A program made the position numbers and the translations under genes. From contig CAZQZS010000005.1 of assembly GCA_964597895.1 (NCBI GenBank), positions 1-52,723 of the forward strand: a stretch of DNA of 52,723 nucleotides, given 5' to 3'. Of this stretch, positions 34,892 through 44,823 are shown piece after piece (position 1 is the stretch's first letter; the number at the start of each line of letters is the position of its first letter). The DNA is from an uncultured Candidatus Saccharibacteria bacterium (lineage in GTDB: Bacteria; Patescibacteriota; Doudnabacteria; UBA920). Below the pieces are notes generated by a model. It was not told the origin of the DNA. It ran no database searches and was given only the letters and a program-made list of their open reading frames with translations.

Positions 34892-37009
34892 ATGAACCTC
34901 TCAACACTTAACAAACAGCAGTCAGAAGCAGTGACCGCGCCCCTAGGGCCGGTTTTAGTTTTGGCGGGCGCAGGCAGCGGTAAAACCCGAGTTTTAACTT
35001 ACCGAATCGCCTATTTAATAGAGCAAGGTTTATTCTCCCCTGGACAGATATTGGCTGTAACTTTCACTAACAAGGCGGCCAAGGAAATGCAAGGGCGGGT
35101 GAACCAGCTGCTATCCGGCCAGGCTTCCGCTAAACTGGCAAGCCAGCCGCTGATTGGCACCTTCCACTCCATCGGCGTCAGGATTCTGCGAAAGCATATC
35201 CCTAAGCTTGGCTACAGTGCCGGCTTTATTATTGTAGACAGTGATGATCAAGTTAAGATTCTAAAAGACATTCTAAAAGACTTAAACATTCCAAAGCAGT
35301 ATGGCCCAACCTTGTTTCGGGCTTATATCTCATCGGCTAAGAATCTCTTGCAGACTCCAGCAACTATGGATTTGGGATTAGACGGACATATTCGCGATTT
35401 GGCTAATCAAGTTTATGTGCGGTATCAAGATTTTTTATTCCGTCAGAATAGTGTGGACTTTGATGATTTGCTGATGTTGCCAATTATTTTATTTCAGAAT
35501 TTCCCGGAGGTGCTCAGCAAGTTTCAGGAGCAGTGGCAGTATATATTAGTAGATGAGTATCAGGATACTAACCAAGCTCAGTATATGTTTTTGCACTTGC
35601 TCGCTAAATCCGGCAACTTGTTTGTAGTCGGCGATGATGCGCAAAGCATTTATGGATTCCGAGGAAGCAACATAGCTAACATCTTAAACTTTGAAAAGGA
35701 TTATCCTAGCGCCCAGGTAATCAAGCTGGAGCAAAATTACCGCTCAACCAAAAATATTTTGGCTGCTGCACAGAAGGTGATTGAATTAAATAGTGATCAG
35801 AAGCCCAAAACTCTCTGGACCGATAATAGCCATGGCGACAAAGTGGTAATCAAAGAAGTATATGACGGGCATGCCGAAGCTGTATTTGTGGCCAAGAAAA
35901 TCGTGCAGTTCGCTTCTGGTGAGTCTGATGAGCTGGAGTATGAAGACGAAGCCCCGGCGCAGCCATTCTCAATTTTGGATAAATTTTTAACCAAGCAACG
36001 CGCTGGCAACCGGGGCCTGCGCAGTGATCTAGGAATTCCTCAATTGCCTAAAGAGCATAGTTCGCTTAATGAGTTCGCAGTGCTGTATAGAACCCATGCG
36101 CAAAGCCGTGAAATAGAAGAAGTTTTTATTGCTGCGGGAATCCCGTACCATATTGTTGGCGGAGTTAAGTTTTATGAGCGCAAGGAAATTAAAGATGTAT
36201 TGGCTTACCTACGTTTGATTGTTAACCCTCTGGACTTACTATCTTTGGGTAGAGTGATTAATTTGCCGCCCCGCGGCATAGGAGAAAAATCTTTTGAAAC
36301 CATTCGCAAGTTTTTGCTTGGCCTACCCAAAGACAGCGACGTGGAATTTATCCGCGATGCTAGTTTTGAGCTGCGCTTGCCGCCGAAGCAGTCACAGGGG
36401 TTAAAAGAATTTTTGGAAATTTTACTAACTGTACACAGGATTGCCCCATCAATAACCTTGTCCGAGGTTTTAAAAACTCTCGTAAAGCTCACTGGAATAG
36501 ACGCACATTTGCAGGATGGTACTGATCAAGGCGAGATTCGCCGCGAAAACGTGCGAGAACTGTTTAATGTGACATCTAAATTTGACCACGTTCCTTGGCG
36601 AGAAGGCCTAGAAACATTCTTAGAAGAAGTGGCTTTAATCACTGATTTAGATAATCTTACTGATGAAAGAAATTCTGTTACACTAATGACGCTTCATGCA
36701 GCCAAGGGCTTGGAATTTGATACCGTTTTCTTTGTTGGTTTAGAGGAGGGGATTCTGCCTCATACTAACAGCCTGTTTAACCCAGGCGAACTGGCCGAAG
36801 AAATCCGTCTGGCTTATGTTGGGCTTACTAGGGCTCGCCAGCGCCTATTTTTGTTGTACGCTAAGGGCCGGCAAATGTACGGCAGTTTCCAGTCAAATTC
36901 TCCTTCACGAATACTGCACGCGCTGCCAGACTCTGCCATTGACTCAGCAGCTTCAAGTTTTCGCCAACTAAACGACAATGAAGTTAGTTACGAACCATTT
37001 GATTCATGA
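34892..37009 (+). CDS. pcrA: ATP-dependent DNA helicase UvrD/PcrA
   Basis: LAGAGSGKT, TFTNKAA, VDEYQDTN, VGDDAQSIYGFRG, LEQNYRS, TLHAAKGLEF; start revised from 34835 because TGCTATAAT lies inside the extension. Confidence 0.95.
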   Translation: MNLSTLNKQQSEAVTAPLGPVLVLAGAGSGKTRVLTYRIAYLIEQGLFSPGQILAVTFTNKAAKEMQGRVNQLLSGQASAKLASQPLIGTFHSIGVRILRKHIPKLGYSAGFIIVDSDDQVKILKDILKDLNIPKQYGPTLFRAYISSAKNLLQTPATMDLGLDGHIRDLANQVYVRYQDFLFRQNSVDFDDLLMLPIILFQNFPEVLSKFQEQWQYILVDEYQDTNQAQYMFLHLLAKSGNLFVVGDDAQSIYGFRGSNIANILNFEKDYPSAQVIKLEQNYRSTKNILAAAQKVIELNSDQKPKTLWTDNSHGDKVVIKEVYDGHAEAVFVAKKIVQFASGESDELEYEDEAPAQPFSILDKFLTKQRAGNRGLRSDLGIPQLPKEHSSLNEFAVLYRTHAQSREIEEVFIAAGIPYHIVGGVKFYERKEIKDVLAYLRLIVNPLDLLSLGRVINLPPRGIGEKSFETIRKFLLGLPKDSDVEFIRDASFELRLPPKQSQGLKEFLEILLTVHRIAPSITLSEVLKTLVKLTGIDAHLQDGTDQGEIRRENVRELFNVTSKFDHVPWREGLETFLEEVALITDLDNLTDERNSVTLMTLHAAKGLEFDTVFFVGLEEGILPHTNSLFNPGELAEEIRLAYVGLTRARQRLFLLYAKGRQMYGSFQSNSPSRILHALPDSAIDSAASSFRQLNDNEVSYEPFDS

Positions 37010-37827
37010 CAATAGAAACGTTAAAACATTTACTTCAGCACTACGGCTTGAGTCCAAACAAGACTTACGGTCAGCATTTTTTGATGGACGAAACTATTTT
37101 GGAAGACATGATTGATGCGGCAAGTGTCGCAGCGGGTGATGCGGTGGTTGAAGTCGGACCAGGGATTGGCAATCTTACTGAGCGGCTGCTGCAGCGGGGA
37201 GCTCAGGTTTTGTCTTTGGAAAAAGATGAGCAGTTCGCACCGGTCTTACGCTCGCTAAAAAAACAGCATAAGAATTTTGAGTATGAATTTACAGACGTGC
37301 TTAAGTTTAATTTTTCTGAGAGCGGACTAAAAAATTATAAAGTTGTAGCCAACATTCCTTACTACATCACAGGAAAAATTATTCAGTTATTCTTGGCGCA
37401 GGGAAACAAGCCAAAGAGTCTTACGCTGCTAATTCAAAAAGAGGTTGCGCAAAATGTTGTGGCCAAGCCAGGTCAATTAAATTTGCTCGCTTTGTCGGTC
37501 CAGCTTTACGGGCAAGCTGAGCTGGTGACGATTGTTCCAGCGCATAAATTTTATCCAGCACCAAAAGTTGACAGTGCCGTAATTCACATCACGCTGTATA
37601 AAACTCCAAAGTATAAAATTGATGACGAAAAGAAATTCTTTCGGATACTCAAAGGCTGTTTTGCGGGCAAACGAAAACAGATTCACAATACTTTAACCAA
37701 CAACCTCGGTGTGGCAAAAGAAGATGCATTAAAAATTCTTTCGGAACTAAAAATCCAGCCATCGGCGCGTCCGCAGCAGCTCACGATAGAACAGTGGATT
37801 GAACTGTATAAAAAAATTGAGCAGTAA
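37006..37827 (+). CDS. rsmA: 16S rRNA adenine dimethyltransferase
   Basis: KTYGQHFL, VEVGPGIG, VVANIPYYIT, PAPKVDSA. Confidence 0.96.
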   Translation: MTIETLKHLLQHYGLSPNKTYGQHFLMDETILEDMIDAASVAAGDAVVEVGPGIGNLTERLLQRGAQVLSLEKDEQFAPVLRSLKKQHKNFEYEFTDVLKFNFSESGLKNYKVVANIPYYITGKIIQLFLAQGNKPKSLTLLIQKEVAQNVVAKPGQLNLLALSVQLYGQAELVTIVPAHKFYPAPKVDSAVIHITLYKTPKYKIDDEKKFFRILKGCFAGKRKQIHNTLTNNLGVAKEDALKILSELKIQPSARPQQLTIEQWIELYKKIEQ

Positions 37828-37849
37828 AAAACTCCCGAACGGGAGTTTT
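37828..37849. terminator. Bidirectional terminator
   Basis: AAAACTCCC-GAAC-GGGAGTTTT. Confidence 0.75.
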
Positions 37850-38339
37850 AAATTTTCACTTGATCGCCGACTTTAATTTTGGCTCGTTCTGCGTAACCGC
37901 TTGGCACTTCCAGTACGTGGGTAATGTTTGATGGGGGAGGATAGGTTGGTAAATTGTCTGGGTCAGTCGGCCTTGGGACATTAGGAGTAATGCCGATAAC
38001 TGTATTGTTGTTAATCCAGATGATATCCAGATCAATCTTCATATCCTTCATCCAAAAACTTGGTTTGGTAATTTCGGTGTTGGTAAAATCAAACAGCATG
38101 CCTTGGCCGTCTTCCAGATTTTCGCGGCCCGATAAACCTTGAGCGCGTGAGCTGTCCGTATTTACGATCTCTACGTAAATAGTCTGTGCGCCTACGGTTA
38201 CTGCTCTCGTGTAAGGAGATTGAGCGGAGCCTGATTCATTGAAAGAAGGGCGGGTTGGCTCGGTAAAAGTCGGCCCGTTGCAGCCAGCAAACAGCAAGCC
38301 AACTGAACTAATTGCGATAATGAATTTTTTTGCATTCAT
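37848..38339 (-). CDS. DUF192-family lipoprotein
   Basis: Start revised to MNAKKFII..LLFAG|C; RAQGLSGRE, GMLFDF, FWMKDM..DLDIIWI, VLEVPSG. Confidence 0.85.
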   Translation of the reverse strand: MNAKKFIIAISSVGLLFAGCNGPTFTEPTRPSFNESGSAQSPYTRAVTVGAQTIYVEIVNTDSSRAQGLSGRENLEDGQGMLFDFTNTEITKPSFWMKDMKIDLDIIWINNNTVIGITPNVPRPTDPDNLPTYPPPSNITHVLEVPSGYAERAKIKVGDQVKI

Positions 38340-38422
38340 GCTCTTGTCAAAATGATAAATTTCTGATATAATAATACTAGAAATACGGAATTTCTGAAAC
38401 AAAAATCAAAATAAAATTGAAT

Positions 38423-38560
38423 ATGTCCAATCATTTCGTCCAAAAAATCGCGTCAGTGGTTTTAATTCTCGGTATTTTTGTCAGCTTTTTTATGGCTGTA
38501 CAAAGTGCACGGGCAGGTAAAACATCAACTAACTCTAGCCCTGCTGCTGTTAATCAGTAG
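38423..38560 (+). CDS. 45-aa signal-peptide-like ORF (not in ORF track)
   Basis: MSNHFVQKIASVVLILGIFVSFFMAVQSARA-GKTSTNSSPAAVNQ; TAAAAT at 38412-38417; stops 12 nt before next gene. Confidence 0.5.
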   Translation: MSNHFVQKIASVVLILGIFVSFFMAVQSARAGKTSTNSSPAAVNQ

Positions 38561-38572
38561 AGGGTTTTATTT

Positions 38573-39292
38573 ATGAAAGAATTAGGATTTAATCGCAACC
38601 ACTTTCTGGTCGGCCTAACCGCACTCGCATTGTTTGCGGTTTTGGTGTTTTCTAAAACCGGAATCACTTTATCGGCTATGTTCACCAATGCCGATGACTC
38701 TCAGCCGCTGCTGACCTACGAGCAAGCTAAGGGGGAAGTCTACGCTCAAATGGGTATAGTTGACGAAGAGAAGTATTTGCAAGATTTAGAAAACCAGTTT
38801 GCGTTATTGGATCGTGGACAAGTGGACGGCGCAGTACTTGGTCAGGCTATTGGTATTGGTGCAGTGCCCAGCTCAGAGCAAATTTTTACTAGAGAGATGC
38901 TTGATCAGATTCCTGTTATTAAGTCATCAGACAATTCTAGAGAAGCAATCCAACGCTATTCTGAATTACTTTTGGGTGCAGAAGCAGAGAGTGGGGCAAT
39001 GATATCGATTGCGAATCTAAACAGTTCTGATCCTTTAGTGTTGAATCAAGCCAAGGAATCAGCGGCTCAAGCCGTTTCTAATTTGAAGTCGTTGAGTGTT
39101 CCTAGTGAACTGGCGGACTTTCATCGCTATAAAATGATTTACTATCAAAATTTGGCTGCCATTGCAGACTCGTTGATTAATCCGGATGCAACTCAGGATT
39201 TACAGAATCAGACTTCCATTTTTTTGAGTATCACAGAAAGAATCAATCAGATTAAATCCGATATTTGGGATAAGCTTCAGGTTCAACTATGA
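38573..39292 (+). CDS. Membrane-anchored hypothetical protein of the T4SS-like operon
   Basis: N-terminal TM, helical C-terminus; overlaps next gene by 4 nt. Confidence 0.7.
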   Translation: MKELGFNRNHFLVGLTALALFAVLVFSKTGITLSAMFTNADDSQPLLTYEQAKGEVYAQMGIVDEEKYLQDLENQFALLDRGQVDGAVLGQAIGIGAVPSSEQIFTREMLDQIPVIKSSDNSREAIQRYSELLLGAEAESGAMISIANLNSSDPLVLNQAKESAAQAVSNLKSLSVPSELADFHRYKMIYYQNLAAIADSLINPDATQDLQNQTSIFLSITERINQIKSDIWDKLQVQL

Positions 39293-41223
39293 AGAAAGTT
39301 TCTACTATAATTACAAGCTCGCTAATTTTACTCACTATCATTGTGAGTAATTTTCCTGTTAAGAAAGCAGAAGCGCAATTTGTTGTGGAATTCGGCCCTG
39401 CCGCTACTGCTTTAGTCACTGGGATTTTGACTGCTACAACCAGTTCGGCAGTGGTGAGTGGTATACCAGGGATAGGAGCTACGACTGTTAATTTAGCTCG
39501 GGCTGGAATCGGCGCGCCTTGTCTTGCATTATTAACTTCATTGGAAACCGCAGATTCCTTGGATAGTTACCTTGATGCAACTTCTTCCGCAACTTTGAAT
39601 GTGATCGGTGGTAGCCCATTTGAGTTCACAAAAGTTAACGCCAAATTGGCTAAGGCCACGGCTGCTAAAAGTTGTGTGGACACATACGTAGAAGCACTAA
39701 GTGCAATTCCTGGCACGACCTTTGAGATTTCAAATGAGGTTTCTCGCGAACAGGATAAGTACACCAAGATTAGTAATTCTCTTCGTGAGCAAATTCAGAG
39801 TCTGAGTGAACAGCAAAATGCTAGCGCTAAAGATATCATGAAAGCGTTCATGGTAAAGCTTGTGCTGAACTTAAATAAAAACCTTACTACCAAAGTCGTG
39901 AACGAGTTAATGAACGAATATAAGATTCAAGATTACTTGGCTTACGGTGATGCCTTGGCAACACAGGTTTACGCCATGAAGTATATTAATCAGAATTTTG
40001 AAGGTGATGCTCGTACCCAAATGATGATGCGTTCGCTTATTCAGAGTGAAAAAACTCCACAAAAAGCTCGGGTAGCTGCGGCGTTTGCCAACCAACAAGC
40101 GAGGGAATATGTTGCCGCCCAATGCGGCACTGTTGGCCAGCTGGATGCGACTGACGCTTCATCTTTGAACTGTTTGGCATCTTACGGCAATGAGCAGGCT
40201 AGCCCGATGTTTAAATATCTTAATGCTTTAGATACGTCTTCTAAAATTAAGGCAGAGGCTCAAAAGACTGCGCAGGCAGAAATTAGCCAGAGCGAAGGTT
40301 ATGCGCCGCCACGCAACTGTGGAGGTTCGTTGAGTCAGCAAGCGCAAATTGATTCGCAGGTAGACAGCGCTGTGAGCGAGCGTGATGCAGCTTTGGCGGT
40401 TTTAGTTCGTATGACCGATGCGTTGGCAGCGGGGCAAACCAATGAAGCAGAATTTGCCAAGGCGCAGGCCGCGTACGAAGCAGCAGAGCAAAAGTTAGCC
40501 AACCTGCCTTCCGAAGTGGATAGCCCAGTGATTGATATTTGTGAAGCCATTGATTCTCCTGCAAAGTTCGTGTCCGGTTCTATCCAGGATTACCTTAAGC
40601 AGCACTTTGATCAGGGTAGTTCTTTGCAAACAGACAATTTGCCATTTTATGCAAACTTCCTTGCTGATTTGACCGGAAACTTTTTGACTAACTTGTTAAC
40701 TGGCGGAAAGAGCGGATCAAAAGTTCTTAAAGAAGGTGGTGTGCAGGCCTTAGGTCTAGGCATCGCTTCGGTGCCGGCGATTATTGGAAACTCTGGTTCT
40801 GGCGCTGGCCAAGAATTTGGCGATCAGTGGGTTACTGTATACATGACCCCAGCTGGCAGTAACGATAAAATTTCCGATGTGCGTCCGGGACAACAATATA
40901 CTTTCAATATTGATTTAAGTGGACATCTTAATGCAGGACGCGAGGCTCCAAACCGCATCGTCATTCGCGATCGTGATTCAGGGCAAGCCATCGTGAATCA
41001 GTCCATAAGCAATTTATCTGCCAATACAGTTCTCAAGTACAACTTTACTGCTGAAAGCAGGACAGTGCGCTGGGAAGTTGAGCTATCGGTACGCGACGGC
41101 GACGGCGCGCGAATACTGAGCACGGTTACAGGTGCATACTTTGTCCAAGGCACGGTAAGCGGTGTTGTGACTACGAACTTTAATCCCCGCGGAGAGGCTC
41201 GCGAGCCGCTACAAATCAGATAA
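39289..41223 (+). CDS. Large secreted helical protein with Cys pairs (possible VirB5/TrbJ-like role)
   Basis: Signal peptide ending AEA|Q, six Cys, coiled-coil segments, C-terminal beta-rich domain. Confidence 0.65.
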   Translation: MKKVSTIITSSLILLTIIVSNFPVKKAEAQFVVEFGPAATALVTGILTATTSSAVVSGIPGIGATTVNLARAGIGAPCLALLTSLETADSLDSYLDATSSATLNVIGGSPFEFTKVNAKLAKATAAKSCVDTYVEALSAIPGTTFEISNEVSREQDKYTKISNSLREQIQSLSEQQNASAKDIMKAFMVKLVLNLNKNLTTKVVNELMNEYKIQDYLAYGDALATQVYAMKYINQNFEGDARTQMMMRSLIQSEKTPQKARVAAAFANQQAREYVAAQCGTVGQLDATDASSLNCLASYGNEQASPMFKYLNALDTSSKIKAEAQKTAQAEISQSEGYAPPRNCGGSLSQQAQIDSQVDSAVSERDAALAVLVRMTDALAAGQTNEAEFAKAQAAYEAAEQKLANLPSEVDSPVIDICEAIDSPAKFVSGSIQDYLKQHFDQGSSLQTDNLPFYANFLADLTGNFLTNLLTGGKSGSKVLKEGGVQALGLGIASVPAIIGNSGSGAGQEFGDQWVTVYMTPAGSNDKISDVRPGQQYTFNIDLSGHLNAGREAPNRIVIRDRDSGQAIVNQSISNLSANTVLKYNFTAESRTVRWEVELSVRDGDGARILSTVTGAYFVQGTVSGVVTTNFNPRGEAREPLQIR

Positions 41224-41233
41224 ACAACTTATC

Positions 41234-41270
41234 AAAAACTGCCTTTCGGCAAACGCTGAAGGCAGTTTTT
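41234..41270 (+). terminator. Intrinsic terminator
   Basis: AAAAACTGCCTT...AAGGCAGTTTTT. Confidence 0.7.
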
Positions 41271-41396
41271 TAGTAGTCTCAAACAGCTTGGAGTTTGGGA
41301 GGTCTATGTGGTATAATTATTACAAGTTATCGCGGTTGTGGATGAAATTTTGCCAAGGAATTTTGGCTGAAACAAATATCAAATTTTTCTAAATTT

Positions 41397-44300
41397 TTGT
41401 CTTATTTTCTAGGAAAAAACCTTAAGATTTATAGCAAGCGAATTGCGCTGGCAATTTTGCTTGCTGTTTTTGTTACTCCTGCTGTACTGTTCATTGTGCC
41501 ACAAGCTGCTCCTACCACTAATGCGCAGTCACCAGCTTTAAATTTGTCTGTTTCACCAACAAGCCCGGTTCCTCCGGGCACGACATTGAACATCTCCTGG
41601 TCAGTTAGTGGTCAGGACACTTTTATTGGAGGTGGGTGTAAGGTTTCGCCGCCAGTTGGCGACTCCGATCCAGCAATAAGGCTAGCTGCTCAGTCGTGCG
41701 GAAATAACCTGGGTGTTGGAGGCAGAACCAACGGTGCTGTGACGACCCAGATAGATGCAACCTCGCAAATAATTTTTTATACGTCAGGCTATACAGTAGT
41801 TAAGGCTGTTCTTGTAGAGGTTAGTGCGGAGGCACCGACGCCAACCCCGGGTGAATTCAAAGTTACTCAGGCAGTAGTTAATCCTAATCCTGTAACTGCA
41901 GGTAAGATAGATAAGTTGGATTTAGGTTGGACTTTTGAAAATGGCCCAGCAACTTTCATAGTTACTTATACAACCAAAAATGAAAAAGGGGAGGTGCTCA
42001 AGGGTCCAGACAATCAACCACTTGAGAACCTTACTTTAGAGATTCCTTCGGGCGCGTGTAGTAATGCCTCGTGTACAGTTGATATTCGACGTTTCGCAGC
42101 TGTTGGCCCAGAAGGGTTAAGTTGTCAAGGTATTACCATTTTTACGATTGAAGGTACGGGAACAAGAAATAAGTCTGCAACCACAGCTCAGTTAACAGTC
42201 AATAAGAGTCTGAACGCTCCAGATCAAGGTGATACAACCGGCGGGGTTTGTAATCAAACCATACCAGACAATAGCCTTACCGGCTCGCTATTTAGCTTCC
42301 TCCGCCAAGTCATCGCCTACATCGTTCTTGTTCTAACCGGAATTATCTACTACATATTCTCTTCTATTCTCGTGCCAGTGATTGTGGCTTTGCTCGGTAT
42401 TCATCCTTACAAAGATTCATTTGTTAACTTTATCTATCCCGGCTGGCTGATTCTCCGTAATATTTCAAATATATTCTTTATTATCGCGCTGCTCTGGATT
42501 GGCTTGCGGACAATTTTTCAGATGGAAGACGCTGCTAAGAGCCGCACGTTCATACTGAGATTAATTCTTGCAGCATTGCTTGTGAACTTTAGCCTTGTGA
42601 TTGGCCAAGCAATCGTTGGTATTGCCGACACTGTGCAGTCGCAGTTTTTACCTGCAGACAGCAAAGTCGTAGAAACGCTCGGGTTTAAATTGATGGTTGA
42701 TCCGATTATAACCTTCCGCGGAACAGAGGGTGGTGGTCAGGATAATTATGGCTTAACCGAAGGCGGGAATTTTACCACTCAAGGATTGGCCAGCGATTTG
42801 CCTAAGGCAGTCATCTTGCTGATTTTGGCTATCTCCGCGTTCTTTGCCTTTGTGGCCCTCATAGCTTTCCTGATTGTACGAGTTGTGGCTTTATGGCTTC
42901 TGTACATGATATCGCCAATTGCCTATGTTGGCAGAATTTTACCGCAAACAGAGCAAGCTGCTAATAAGTGGTGGGCTGAGTTTATAAAGTACGCGTTTGC
43001 TGTGCCGATTATGGCTTTCTTCTTGAACATCGCTGCCTTGCTCGCAGTAAACCTGTCTAGGCCAACTGGGCAAACTGTTCAGACCGGGAATTCCAATACA
43101 ACCATTCTTGGTGGCTTAATTAGCACCGGGACAATCGCCTCAGAATTTGTGAGTTTTGCAACTACGGTTTTGTCTCATTTCTTGGTGTTGGTGTTTATGT
43201 ATGGCGGCATGATGTTTGCGCTCAAGTTCGGCGGCGCAGGTTCTAAGAAAATTGTTGAATACGCCAAGAAAGGCTTTGATGCGGTTACCCGCAAAGCACC
43301 GCTTTATGCCGGCAAGTGGGCGAAGGATACTGGGGCGGACTTCATGGCGCAGCGCGAATTTGCGCAAAAGCGTCCTGGACTTCAGACTTTGTTCCGTTCT
43401 ACAGCCCGGCCTATAGAGGCTTTAAAGGCTGTTAAAAAAGGCTATTTGGACGAACCGCGCAAAGCCATGGAGAAGCGGTTTACTGATAAGTTTGATGACG
43501 TGTCTAGCAAGTGGCAGCCTTGGGGCGAGGACAAACTTTTGCCGGCAAAGATGCTCGGCTGGAAGTTGGCTGGTAAAAACGCACCTGCCTTATTAGCGCA
43601 GGCCAAGCGACTTCAAGATCAGCGAAGCATTATGGATGACGAAGAACGCGATAAGAAGCTGGAGCAACTTCAAACCGCGACAACAGATAAGGCTCGCAAT
43701 CAGGAAATCATTGAGCGCATGGCCGATGGCAAGCTTGGCTTATACGCAGCTAATAATGAATTGGCGCGGCTGGACAACCTCCATGAGGATGCAGAACAAA
43801 AAATGTTGGCCGAAAAAGATCCGCTCAAGAAGAAGCAGTTGCGCGACCGAAGCGATGAGCTTAAGGAGCGTAAAGAAGCGCTTGGTGTTGCCATTGCTGC
43901 CGCAACCGCTGCGGGCAGTGCCGAAATAAATCTTGCAGATGTTTCATCATTCAATAAGGATGAGTTAACTGAGGTTCTGCAGAAGCAGATTGATGATGCA
44001 GATAGTCTTACGACACAAATTAAGCCAGAATTAGATAAAGATACCGAACTTCGCAACCGATACGGCATAGACAAGATGAATCCAGAAATCAGAAAGGATC
44101 TTGATAAGCAAATCGCCAAGCTTACTAAGGATGCGCAGGAACGAGAATGGCCATATTCTAAATCAGTTGAGAAGGCCGAAGCGGCTGCAGTCAAGGAAGA
44201 GCAAAAAGGTTTGGTGGATTTGGACTACGAACAGTTAGAGGATGTCTACCTAAGCGCTTTAAAGAAAAATAATGTTGTGCAGGCAAAGGCAGCTGTTAAG

Positions 44301-44816
44301 CAGATGGCCGAAAATGGCCAAGTGTCAAAGCTGCTTGAGGCTAAAGGTCTTAAGAATAATGTTGAAGATTTAGCCAAGCTAGTTGCACAGGACTTTAAAG
44401 GAACCCAAAGAAGTCAGGTACAGATTATTAGAGAAATTTCCAATACCAGCGCCAAGAATGGTAATAATTCATTAGCGTATGCAGTAACTAGCATTCAGGG
44501 CGGCGGCGGCATTGTAAACAGTCTGCAAGCCCAGCAAGTTAAATTGGCCGAAGGTAAGCAAAAATCTATTTATGAATCCAAAGCGGACGATTTGATTTAT
44601 ACAGATCCTAGCGGTCAAAAACGTTTTAACAAAGGTACTTTTGAAAAGGTTATTAAACCAAATGATACGGAAACTAAAATTAAAGAGGTGCAAAAGAAAC
44701 TGGATCCAAAGGTGGCAGCAAAAGTTTGGGAGGTATTAGACAGTCAGCCAGAACTAAGGCAGAAGCTTAGTAGTAAATTCATCAAAGCAATAGACGAAGT
44801 GCGCTTAAAAGGTTAA
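41397..44816 (+). CDS. VirB6/TrbL-like polytopic membrane protein with extracellular N-terminal domains and long charged C-terminus
   Basis: YPGWLILRNISNIFFIIALLWIG, LILAALLVNFS, RVVALWLLYMISPIAY..ILP, KWWAEFIKYAF motifs. Confidence 0.7.
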   Translation: MSYFLGKNLKIYSKRIALAILLAVFVTPAVLFIVPQAAPTTNAQSPALNLSVSPTSPVPPGTTLNISWSVSGQDTFIGGGCKVSPPVGDSDPAIRLAAQSCGNNLGVGGRTNGAVTTQIDATSQIIFYTSGYTVVKAVLVEVSAEAPTPTPGEFKVTQAVVNPNPVTAGKIDKLDLGWTFENGPATFIVTYTTKNEKGEVLKGPDNQPLENLTLEIPSGACSNASCTVDIRRFAAVGPEGLSCQGITIFTIEGTGTRNKSATTAQLTVNKSLNAPDQGDTTGGVCNQTIPDNSLTGSLFSFLRQVIAYIVLVLTGIIYYIFSSILVPVIVALLGIHPYKDSFVNFIYPGWLILRNISNIFFIIALLWIGLRTIFQMEDAAKSRTFILRLILAALLVNFSLVIGQAIVGIADTVQSQFLPADSKVVETLGFKLMVDPIITFRGTEGGGQDNYGLTEGGNFTTQGLASDLPKAVILLILAISAFFAFVALIAFLIVRVVALWLLYMISPIAYVGRILPQTEQAANKWWAEFIKYAFAVPIMAFFLNIAALLAVNLSRPTGQTVQTGNSNTTILGGLISTGTIASEFVSFATTVLSHFLVLVFMYGGMMFALKFGGAGSKKIVEYAKKGFDAVTRKAPLYAGKWAKDTGADFMAQREFAQKRPGLQTLFRSTARPIEALKAVKKGYLDEPRKAMEKRFTDKFDDVSSKWQPWGEDKLLPAKMLGWKLAGKNAPALLAQAKRLQDQRSIMDDEERDKKLEQLQTATTDKARNQEIIERMADGKLGLYAANNELARLDNLHEDAEQKMLAEKDPLKKKQLRDRSDELKERKEALGVAIAAATAAGSAEINLADVSSFNKDELTEVLQKQIDDADSLTTQIKPELDKDTELRNRYGIDKMNPEIRKDLDKQIAKLTKDAQEREWPYSKSVEKAEAAAVKEEQKGLVDLDYEQLEDVYLSALKKNNVVQAKAAVKQMAENGQVSKLLEAKGLKNNVEDLAKLVAQDFKGTQRSQVQIIREISNTSAKNGNNSLAYAVTSIQGGGGIVNSLQAQQVKLAEGKQKSIYESKADDLIYTDPSGQKRFNKGTFEKVIKPNDTETKIKEVQKKLDPKVAAKVWEVLDSQPELRQKLSSKFIKAIDEVRLKG

Positions 44817-44823
44817 TTACAAC

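Noticed and set aside
43700-44194. 164-aa minus-strand ORF and the other short overlapping ORFs in the track
   Set aside because: Antisense or alternate-frame shadows of well-supported genes; no SD, promoter or recognisable motifs
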